From assembly GCA_039545335.1 (NCBI GenBank), contig BCIN01000005.1:620001-641850 (forward strand): DNA of 21,850 bases, given 5' to 3'. The position numbers were made by a program, and so were the translations under genes. Every line of letters starts with the position of its first letter. Positions within the stretch are counted from its first letter, which is position 1. Below, piece by piece: positions 10,037 through 21,850 of this stretch. Origin of the DNA: Kondoa subrosea (lineage: Eukaryota). The notes beneath the pieces were generated by a model that searched no databases, was not told the DNA's origin, and saw nothing but the letters and a program-made list of their open reading frames with translations.

Positions 10037-13000
10037 TTAATAATCCGTTGATGATGATGATGCTGTGATTTGTGTTTTGCGCGAGAATTGGCGAATGAAG
10101 TCCAAGATATCATTGAAAGAGTAAGGCTTGACCTGCGCAGTAGTGTAAGCATCACACACGAAAACAGCTAGTGAACCTTACCAAGCATTTATCCATGCCC
10201 GATGAGACTGCTAATTCAACCTGAGCTGGTCTAGCGTTACCTGTGACTCCACTATGACATATAATAAGCAACTGTAAATGTAGGAAAAGGGTCGTATGTC
10301 TTACCAGACAGGCAGATGCCTATTGCTCCCTTGCGATGTTTCAAGCTCTCGAAGTTCTTTGATGGTCTCGAGTCCATCTTTGAGTGGCATTCTAGCAGTC
10401 ATGGATCAGAATTTAGAAGATTGCTGAGCCAACACTACTCACTCGACATCTAGAAAGACGACCGCCAGACCAGGATTTGAGGCAATAGCTGCGAGCGCTT
10501 CCTAGAGAATTACTCTGATCAGAACCACGCTCTCAACAGCTCCAGAAAACTAACGAAGCCATTAGCTGCTGTTGAGGTCCGAAAGCCTTTCTTTTCTAAT
10601 TGGCGCTTCAGCAGTTTCTGTGATATTGGGTTATCCTCTACGACCTGTGAAGCGAAACCTGCTCATCAGACAATTCTGCTTCTCCTAGGCTCCGATGCGT
10701 ACCAATACGTGCGGGGAAGTCTGTACACTATTCGTACTTGTATTCGAGTCTGTGCTGTTGGCGGATGATCTTCTCTTGCTCATTATATTTGTCGGTATAG
10801 GCGAAAGCATTTTCGGCGACCTTTGCCTCCGTTCATGCGCTTGCTGCCGCCTCTGGAGTTCTGCTTGAATGTTTGCTGGATCCCCTTGCCGAACCGCTAT
10901 GAAAAAGGAGAAAGTCGACCCTTTGCCTAACGTTGATACTACTTTGATTTCGCCATTCTGTAACTGGCACAGCTTGCGGCACTACAACCATGACATTAGA
11001 CTAGTGCACACAGCTTGCGCAGTCGAGCTTACGAGATACAGGCCGAGACCCTGTTGATTGTATGTCAGCAAAGATCGGGAAGTTAAGAGCACTGCAACTG
11101 ACACTGCCGTAATTCTTGCGACCAGTAGTGTTGAATCTAGTGAACAGCCCTGGAAGATTATCATCAATATAGGTAGACTAGTAATGGCGAGCTAAGCGAA
11201 CCATTGATATCCTCAGCACTGTTGCACACATCCTTAAGCATCATATGCAGCAATAGGTAAAAAAATCCACCTCATCCCTGGACCTGTATCTTCCACCGAT
11301 ACTACAAGCCAAAGCGCGTCACTAGGCTGAGGTGTTGTTAATCTCGGTCCGAAGTCTGGCTTGATCTTGGTCAATTGAACTCGCAAAGAGCAGTCTCGAG
11401 GTGCTTCGCTTGTCTCCAGGAAGCGCAAAGAATTCGAAAGAAGATTTACGATGATCTGATTGAGTCTTGTAGGATCGGCTCTTATACACACTTGTTCGTC
11501 GGTATCTTCCCAGATGACGTTGAGATTGATATCGCCTGCTCTTGCTTGGACTTCATAGACTGAAATGATGTTCTCAATTTCGACAACCAGAGAAATGTCG
11601 ACCGGCTTAATTGCCAAAAGACCGTCATGAAGTTTTGATGTAGACAGTATATCGGATGCAATCACACTTTGATGCCTTGCGGCTAGCGAAATGGATGTAG
11701 CCACTTCAAGCGATTCCTCAACTAGATTTGCAAACAATCAGCCTTCAGAACGCCAGATCGAATTCTATCCCTCACTTTCACTCTGACATTCACTAAGGGA
11801 GTGTTGCATCTCAAGTCCTTCAAGTTCGGTCAGGTGCTCCAGACAAGTATGAAGTTGCTTGTGCATGTTCTGAAGGTTGCCTAAACAGGTATTGAGTAGC
11901 TGCACCCCTTGAACGATGCAAGATATTGGATTTCTGATCTCGTGATGTACCAAGTCCTGTTATGACCGGACATTGAGCGTAAACTTCTTTCAATGACCTG
12001 ATCGGGACTGACAACAAAGGCTTCTTGCTCTTTCCTCGCTCTGATAGCTACATCCGCTCTCTCCTTTTGTTCTTCCACTACTTTCAACGATTGCATTTGA
12101 ACCTCTTTCGTCCTTTGCTGAACAAGCGTTTCCAACCTCGCTAAACTTCGCTTGTCTGCTTCTTGGGCTTGAGCAGCAAGCAAAGCACTGTCGATCCTTC
12201 GACATATCGATACGATGAAATCAGCATAAGGGGAGTTGAACGAAACTCTTCTGTTAATTGCCGCTACCAATATTGATCTTGGTAAATTGCCAGCTAGAGA
12301 AATGGCACATATTACCCAATGCGTAGGTTTATCTGGCCAACCTCGACCAGTGAGATCGGAAACTTTGTCTTCATTGAAATGGATCTCTAGTACTTGATCT
12401 GGTTTGAGCAGAATATCTTTCATTGGCCAAATGCAGTTTGATTCTTGCTCGAGATTTAAGGTAATGTCTTCAGGTGCCAGCGAATGTTCGAGAGGTATAC
12501 CCAATAGACCGCTGCGGTGCAACTTTATGTCATTAACATTGACAGGATCTTGCTCAACCGAATACACAGCGAAATACGGTATATCGAGAGGTAATGTTCC
12601 GAGAGCGGTGACGGTAGATTGAAAGACTGCCTCGGTTGATGGACTGTTTGTTACACTTGTGCCTAACGCTCGTAAAGCTGCATATCGGCGATAAGCGAAT
12701 GCTTCATCTGATTTGTTGACGACTATATTGTGTAGACCGATAATAGCTCCAGAATCGCCGGCAATAGGTATGAAAGACCAATCGACCACAACTTAGAAAA
12801 TCACAATATAAGCTGCCCAGTTCACTCTCGAAGTCATTCCCAATTGCTTACGTTCTTGTAGAACATTGTTTCGAGCTATATCGACCAAGAAGGTCGTGTC
12901 CTTTGTCAAAACGGTTTTACCAGAGAAAGCGACTTCCATCACTTGTTTGACCGGTCCAGCAACTTCTGCCCAAATATCGGTCAAGCCTTTACCCATAGCC

Positions 13001-13626
13001 CATTCTTGTTTCTTGCCCAAAATATCTCTATATTTTACATTATGGATCATGACGGCGTCGTCACAAGTACCACCAGATTGAGGTAAGAGCCACTGTTATT
13101 CGCGCATTGTCATGTTTTAAGGTTTTCGGTGACAATTAGAAGAGGGGGGAAAACTGACAGTGCACGCAGGCCATTGAAGAGATAAGCAAAGGAAAGCAGC
13201 ATTTCTCATAGCTGGATGCCATTTACATAGTCTGCCCAAGCTTGTTTGACTCCAGTCTACTGCCAGAAAGGTTTCTCTTTCAGTTAGGAAGTTGCTGTAT
13301 TTGTCCATCAAGGCTTTAACTGGTAGGACTCGCTGATTGCAACGAAGAACAAAGTATTCCGACATTTCTGTAATGTACCAAGTCTGCCCGCTAAGCGAGA
13401 TTGAAGTAAAGTTGTTGCTGCATAGTTGTGACCTGAGATCGTAGAGATCGGCCATAGAGAAATGGACATCGCTGGTTTCAGCAGCTGTGTTCCTCCAAGT
13501 ATCGACAGAAGAGAGCAGGGCTTCATGGATTCGCAATATTTCTCGACTAACAAGCAAATAGAGTTCGGGCAAACGGTTCAAGTACTCAACCAAGGAGAGC
13601 GCCTGGGCTGGCACAGTAGTCGACAT
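10037..13626 (-). CDS. Hybrid sensor histidine kinase (PAS/GAF-like input, HisKA, HATPase_c, receiver); no obvious membrane segment
   Basis: N-terminal DWSQTSLG..W..MR/IWAEV segment typical of fungal PAS-containing hybrid kinases. H-box DLVHHEIRNP, N-box RLNQIIVNLLSNSLRF, G1 VEDTGPGM, F-box LFTRF, G2 GSGLGLYL and GKGSTFSF. Receiver VVEDN..FLDVEMP..VTGN..VKP. Stop TAA at 10039-10037. Confidence 0.92.
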
Positions 13627-13802
13627 TTACTCAGCGGATCTGCTTGGGTATCATAGACACTGGTCATACACGAAGCCCGAAGCCTTCGTCCTGGTGCAAG
13701 ACGGGACCATTTTAGTAATTGAAAGATTTGGGAAACTTCATGCGCATGTAGGTACAATTACACTCGATGCTATCTACTTGTACAGGGAACAGTCCAGCAT
13801 TC

Positions 13803-14967
13803 TCATACTCGCGTCCTTTTGGTGTCCGACCCTGGTCCATACCGTTGTCTCGAATCCATGTCTTCTCGCCTTCTCTTTCGTTCCTGGTCTTCTTTCATCA
13901 ATTGCTCTACTGCAGTAAGAGAATGTTGTGCCGTCTTTTTCTCAACAGCTGGTGCTTTAGATGCTTTCAGAGGATTCGCCTTCAGTGGGTTCGCTTTCTT
14001 GAAAGCATTGATCTTGATGGGCGCAGGAGCAATAGTCGCCGGTATAGGCTCAGCTGAAGTGGAGGCAACGGGTTGAGCATCTTCCGTTTTGACTGAAGGC
14101 GGTGGTGAATCTTTCTTGAGGCCAATAGAAATACTAATCGGTCCAACAGGCTTCTTCTCTTCCTGCTTTCCTTCACTCGACGCTTCATCCGAACCACTTC
14201 CACTGCCCCCTTGCTGCTGTTCTTTCATTCTTGCATTCTTCTCTTCCTCCAAGATCCGAGCTCTTTCAATCTGTTCAGCAATATGTTTTCTTTGTCTTTG
14301 TTCATCATCCATATCTTGTCTTTCTTTCACTTGAGAAGAAGCTTGTTTCGACAAAGCTTGGGGAGAATTATCGATCCAAGAGATGAAGAAACCCTTTTCC
14401 GTTTCGTCAACGTGAACGATACCAGCTCTACCCAGGAACTTGATGAATTCGGTAAGAGAGACCCAGCGTGTGGACTGTATGAGCATCAGCATAGATCAGT
14501 AAGGAATAGCAAGATGAGACATACGTTCATGTGCAAATGATCTTTGTCTTGAATGTATTCTTGATAGACTTGATTCGCTCGAACACGTTTTGTGCCCCAT
14601 CTGCAAGATATCAGGTCCAAAGTAAGTATGGGATATACTAACAATCTGACTGTGACTTGCCTTCGCGATAATAGAATCAAGAACTCCCTTTGGAATTGAG
14701 TTGAATAATCACTGATATGCTTGCCAGCGCTTTCACCAACAACAAGCATTTGTCTCAAATGCGATTCGGACATCTGTCGTGATCAGCGCAATCGTTCAGC
14801 TGAGATACAGCAAACGGAAAGCGTTGACTGACCATATGACATTTGAACCCATTATCATCCCTGCATTGCTTTTCACAGACTTGACAGTACCACTTGAGCT
14901 TCTGTAGACCTTTACTCTTCATCTTGTTGGCCAGATGTTTGGCTGATCCTTTCTCGGCTTTTGGCAT
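13803..14967 (-). CDS. RTS2: KIN17/Rts2 zinc-finger DNA/RNA-binding protein
   Basis: MPKAEKGS..LANKMKSKGLQKLKWYCQVCEKQCRDDNGFKCHM/SESHLRQM..., ANQVYQEYIQDKDHLHMN/STRWVSLTEFIKFLGR..DETEKGFFISWID; 4 exons. Confidence 0.95.
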
Positions 14968-15448
14968 CTTGGGAGAGCGTTAATACGAGGGGATATATAT
15001 TTGATTTGGGGGATATGTAGAGCTGGACTCGACAGAGCGGGTATTTGCAGAGACCTAGCTGGAATGATGGTTCGAAGCAAGAGGGATTCGTCTGACAAAG
15101 CGACCCGTCCTTGACTTGCCACAGTGTTCTGAGCGTGTACTAACGGTAGCGCAATGGACAGGACACCAAGGATCTCGTCGAGGCCTATGCGCTGCTGCAA
15201 TGTACAGACTAGAAGTAGCTCCTCAAAATCTGTCTCGATGCTCATCCACCCGCTTTACTGGAATTGCGGATGTCTGTTATGCTTCACTTTGCATCTACAT
15301 TTACTGCAGCGCTATCTCATTGTTGTCTGAAATTGCAGTAATCTATCGAAACATCTTGCTTCTTTGCTGCGGGCGTTCTTATGTTATTTTTGCTCTCCTT
15401 CCTGCGCCTAGTCAGTCTTCTGCTAAGCATCTCGTGCAGCAGTCTGAT

Positions 15449-16977
15449 ATGAGCGCAAGATTGCTGCCATGCGAAATCTGGTTTCGCATCTTGGAGTTGA
15501 CTTTGGCGCGACCGTCTGATCACAAACGTACGAGGGAAACGCTTCAATGGCTACAAGGGTTGTGTCTATAGAATTCCGAGCTCAGACTAGCCAGGTGTGT
15601 GCTTGCTTTGCTGTAGCGGTTGACTGGCTGATACTGGAAGCTATACGCGCAGCCGAGGTCTAATCTACAAGGTCACCGGTCGCTGTACACTACTCACTAT
15701 TAGCAGCATCAGAAACTTTCATCTCATAAATCAAGCTCTGCCGCAAGTATCCGCGTCCATCCGACACTTAGTTTTTGCCAATTTGTCATCGAAAGCAGAA
15801 TCGAGAAAAAGCAAGGCAGTTTCGTCGAATATATCTAGCAGCTCACACAACAAGCTACTCTCTTTCTCAGACATCATTAAATCTCTTTCCGGTTTGAAAA
15901 CGTTAGTCATTAGTGGAGGAACTTGCGCAGACGCGGTTCAAGCTATCTTCTCTTCACCGTCTCAAACTACTCTTGAATATCTCAGGTGTCATTATTCCAG
16001 TCAGCAGCAAGTGTCAGATCTCAGGTTAGCACTTCGGCAGTTGTCTACTTTGCCTACCCTGCGACATCTCGCATTTTCTGCTGCAACAATTGCCTCTACG
16101 CAGAGCTATAGTATAAGGCAGTTCCCAGAAAAATTGGGAGTCTTTGAAGAAAATGATGGGTTGAAAACCTTTATGCTTCGCGAGACCTGGTCGCAGGCAA
16201 TTATCGAAGCAGTACAAGCTCTGCCTGCAAGCGTAGAAGATTTACGACTGCATCTCAAAGACCTGAGCGAAAACGCAAGCAGATGTTTTGAGAAGATTGG
16301 TAGACGCCTCAAGCGCTTCGATCTAGTTTTGTTGGGTAAGCCCCTTATTGAAGTATTTACGACTCACATGCTGACATAACTTTGTGTAGAAGATCACAAC
16401 AATACTTCCACACCGACAAGCCGTGACCTTTCTATTTTGCTCAACCAATTACAGCAACTGCAGACCCTCACTTTAGGCGGAAGCATAGCATGGGAAACAA
16501 TCAATCATCTCCCGGCATCTTTAGTCACTCTCAACCTACTTCGCGTTCCCGTTGGTATTCAACATTCTCGCTTCAAGACCTCCCGAACCTTCTTCAACTT
16601 CTTTTCTTATCTCGTTGAATCTTTGGTCGCACTGGAAGATATGCTGCCTCATCTCAAGGCAATACGGTTCTCTTTCTCTGTACAAGTCTTATCTGATCAA
16701 TTGGCCAGCAGCAAGATCAAATTCATTACTGCAGATGGAGAAAGACAGCCTATGGATTTTGCTAGCTGAAGACTTCGAGAAGAATGTGAAGCTGCTCAAA
16801 GAACAATGTCAACTCAGGGATGTGAGCTTGAACATGAAGACTACTGAGGTGAAGCGGATGGTGAGAAAGGCTTTGGCGAAGGAACTACGAGCAGAAGAAG
16901 AGCGTCCAGCACAGTTGAGAGACGTAAAGGATGCGGAGGCTTTCGATGTATGGCTGTTGCGAGACGAGTTGCTTTAG
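15449..16977 (+). CDS. F-box-like/LRR-like protein; contains an in-frame TAG at 15569-15571 if the strong donor at 15595 is used (possible pseudogene)
   Basis: MSARLLPCEIWFRILEL is an F-box-like start. Introns 15595-15652, 16336-16389 and 16680-16734 join all pieces in frame to the stop at 16975-16977. LRR-like segments: LSGLKTLVI, LPTLRHLAF, LPASVEDLRL, LQQLQTLTL, LPASLVTLNL. Confidence 0.7.
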
Positions 16978-17299
16978 GTTAGTCCTTCATATATCGCTTT
17001 CACTCTAACCAGCTCATTTTTCGCAGCATACGCGTCTTGTTACATTGATGCGTTGAAAGAAGCAGCTTCTCGAGGTGTTGCAGTATCTGTTGGGTCCTTG
17101 ATCGGTCAGTGCAGAATCCTGGTCCTTGAGGTCATGTAAGCGGGAAGCCGTCAAAGCATGCAGACTCTTTCGCTCTCCTTCTTTATTCTGACCATCACTG
17201 ACTTTAGCTCTCGCATATTGTATACCAACACACGCGTAATACTGTCCTTCATCAGCTGTCCAACTCTATCTTGCTTTCATTACCCCGCGTTTTCCGACG

Positions 17300-20015
<2,716 letters not shown>

Positions 20016-20457
20016 TTAGTTACCTCCTATTGGAGTGATAATGCGTGTCGCAAGTTTCAAATCTCGTTCTGTATTATTCCATCATCACATGATGGTGCAC
20101 TTGTCTACACTGTCAATCGTGGGCTACTCATGCTTTCGATATACTCACTCGTGGTGCCCGATCATCTCGTGTGCTGTGTTCTTTCTACTTTCACTTTGCT
20201 CCTTTTTCTCGTCAAGGTGGTTCCGCCTCGCTTCTATCTGCCAGCGTATCTGCTCGCTACTTTATAGATCTCCACAGGAGGCATAAAGCTAAATTCGGAC
20301 ATTTGCTTCAGCCATGTCAAGCGTGATCCGAAGTTTCACGCTAGCGTTGTCCATGGAATGTACGATCAATTTCGGATTAGAAGGCTGCCAATTACTCACG
20401 GACACAGGTTTTTCCCTCTTTCTCTTGCTTGATCTCTTCCCAAACTCACATCACAAA

Positions 20458-20986
20458 ATGACTGCTCAATTTGATATCAAAGGATGCTTCGCTGCCGCTG
20501 ATGCCGGTGATAAAGGTTAGCTCTGCAATAGTTTGCTTTGCGACTACGCTCATTGATTGCTGCTCATCCTCAATAGCTGGTCTTATGAAGTTGATGTCTC
20601 CTGGTACGTTTGTTGATCAATATCTGCTCACTCTTGTTGACGTAATCGTACAGATGCCGTTTTCATCATGGCTGGTACATACAGCTTCTCGCTGCTTTGC
20701 ACGACCTGACATTTCCCTCATTATATCAGAGAACCCAGCTGTACAAGGTGCTGAGAATGTAGCCAATGCTGTCGTTGGAGCCTTTTCTGCTCTCAAATCC
20801 ATCAAACATGAAGTTCTTGCAATCGATCAAGTGGGAGATGTCATGTATGCTGAAGGACAAGTGACATACAATGGCAATATCGGACCGGCCGGTTTCTTGT
20901 CAAAGATCAAAGTGAAGGATGGAAAAGCGGTACACTTCAGGGCGTACTTTGATACGTCAGCATATGCGAAAGCAATGGGGGCTTGA
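20458..20986 (+). CDS. Small SnoaL-like/NTF2-fold protein, 4 exons
   Basis: Spliced MTAQFDIKGCFAAADAGDKAGLMKLMSPDAVFIMAENPAVQGAENVANAVVGAFSALKSIKHEV...GDVMYAEGQVTY...KVKDGKAVHFRAYFDTS. The patterns FxAxDAGD, SPDAVF, PxxG and DGK...RxYFD are SnoaL-like. Confidence 0.8.
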
Positions 20987-21202
20987 TTCTAAGAGTTGTT
21001 TCATGCATTATCATACATACACGCTCGTATAGTCCTCGATTACTTCGACATGGCGGTCACTCTAAACTGTTCAACAGCGTGTCTCGGGCTGAGATCAAGT
21101 GGACTCTGGTCAGACGCAGACTGTGCTGTGCAGGTGCACAGCAACCATCAGGACTGCCTCAGCCAAAAAAAGGGTTTCTCACGAGGCCTAGCTCAAGCGA
21201 GC

Positions 21203-21207
21203 AAAAA
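21203..21207 (-). terminator. RNA polymerase III terminator (T5) of tRNA-Asp
   Basis: TTTTT on the minus strand, 2 nt after the discriminator base; a second, longer T-run lies near 21165-21171. Confidence 0.75.
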
Positions 21208-21209
21208 TT

Positions 21210-21281
21210 CTCTTCGTCCGGGAATTGAACCCGGGTCTTCCGCGTGACAAGCGGAGATACTGACCACTATACTAACAAAGA
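21210..21281 (-). tRNA. tRNA-Asp(GTC), intronless, 72 nt
   Basis: TCTTTGTTAGTATAGTGGTCAGTATCTCCGCTTGTCACGCGGAAGACCCGGGTTCAATTCCCGGACGAAGAG. Acceptor stem TCTTTGT/ACGAAGA, anticodon arm TCCGC-TT GTC AC-GCGGA, A box TAGTATAGTGG, B box GGTTCAATTCC, discriminator G. Confidence 0.97.
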
Positions 21282-21389
21282 ATTTGCTACCCTTATACTA
21301 GGGGTTACGCCACCAGAGAAGGGCCATAGTTTTTGGCAGTCTTCTGAATTCTGATGGCGGAACCGCTCAACCGGTACATTATCACTTGA

Positions 21390-21850
21390 TCACTGGACTG
21401 TCAAGCGCCGCACTGGAGAGCTATCTTTTGCAACGCACCAGATGACAAGCGGGTCGCATGGGCAGTCGCAAGATCAAAGATGCGCAAACTCTTGTCGCCA
21501 ATATGGCAAGACTACCTAGAAGCCTGGGAGCTCGCAACATACCTCCCAAAAGACCTCAACTGGAGCGAAACCTTCTTATCCAAGCAAGTAGAAAGGAAGC
21601 AACACAACGCGTGGGGTTTTCTTACAATGGTGGACTCCAGCAATTTCCAACAAATAGGCGGAGATATCATTGCAGTAGCACAAGACGTAGTGAACCAGCG
21701 AAGGCAACATCAGCTCTTCAGGAAAACAATTCAACCGGAAGGCTGGAAGTCTCGTTTCCCAAATCTTATCCATGAACGATGGCAGAAAGCATGGACAACA
21801 ACAGCTTTACTCGATCGAATTCTACCAGAAGAGGTCGACACAGCCCATCG
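21390..21850 (+). mobile_element. Putative 5'-truncated non-LTR (L1/Tx1-like) retrotransposon ORF2 fragment, runs off the right edge
   Basis: Intronless frame, open from 21390 to the window end and not in the ORF track: ...PHWRAIF...KLLSPIWQDYLEAWEL...EGWKSRFPNLIHERWQKAWTTTALLDRILPEEVDTAH. The Trp-rich pattern resembles the post-RT region just before the zf-RVT finger, and the sense strand is A-rich. No RT or endonuclease motif lies within the window. Confidence 0.5.

Noticed and set aside
14919..15245. 108-aa minus-strand ORF overlapping the KIN17 start out of frame
   Set aside because: No recognisable domain, and it lies across a divergent promoter region; cannot be supported without expression data.
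16552..16977. Apparent frameshift between ORFs 16437-16769 and 16552-16977
   Set aside because: Explained by an ordinary 55-nt GT-AG intron at 16680-16734.
20035..20457. ORFs 20035-20286 and the upstream part of 20314-20520
   Set aside because: Pyrimidine-rich UTR/promoter sequence; only the part from ATG 20458 fits the spliced SnoaL-like model.
21458..21775. 105-aa ORF MGSRKIK... (and 21576-21773 on the minus strand)
   Set aside because: No recognisable features; the overlapping + frame 21390-21850 is longer, open to the edge and more protein-like.

Overview
Eukaryotic, gene-dense fungal DNA with many short (about 45-65 nt) spliceosomal introns. It is most likely a basidiomycete, inferred from intron style and protein sequences. 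Because of the introns, most ORF-track entries are exon fragments or shadow ORFs, so gene models were rebuilt by eye. Left to right: EMW1/TTC27 TPR gene (-, runs off the left edge); F-box-like gene 1 (+, with an in-frame TGA); then six tightly packed minus-strand genes (an orphan starting with a PAM2-like motif, RPB12/RPC10, SNF7, an L-2-hydroxyglutarate-dehydrogenase-like oxidoreductase, a hybrid histidine kinase and KIN17/RTS2). These are followed by F-box-like gene 2 (+, with an in-frame TAG), a 20-exon ThDP-dependent 2-oxo-acid decarboxylase, a SnoaL/NTF2-like protein and tRNA-Asp(GTC). About 110 bp upstream of the tRNA is an unannotated reading frame running off the right edge, which resembles a 5'-truncated L1/Tx1-type retrotransposon. 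Best leads: possible tRNA-gene-targeted LINE insertion, two F-box-like genes each broken by one stop that is a single A>G away from Trp, a 2-nt micro-exon in RPB12, and the PAM2 orphan with a duplicated splice acceptor and structured 3' region.
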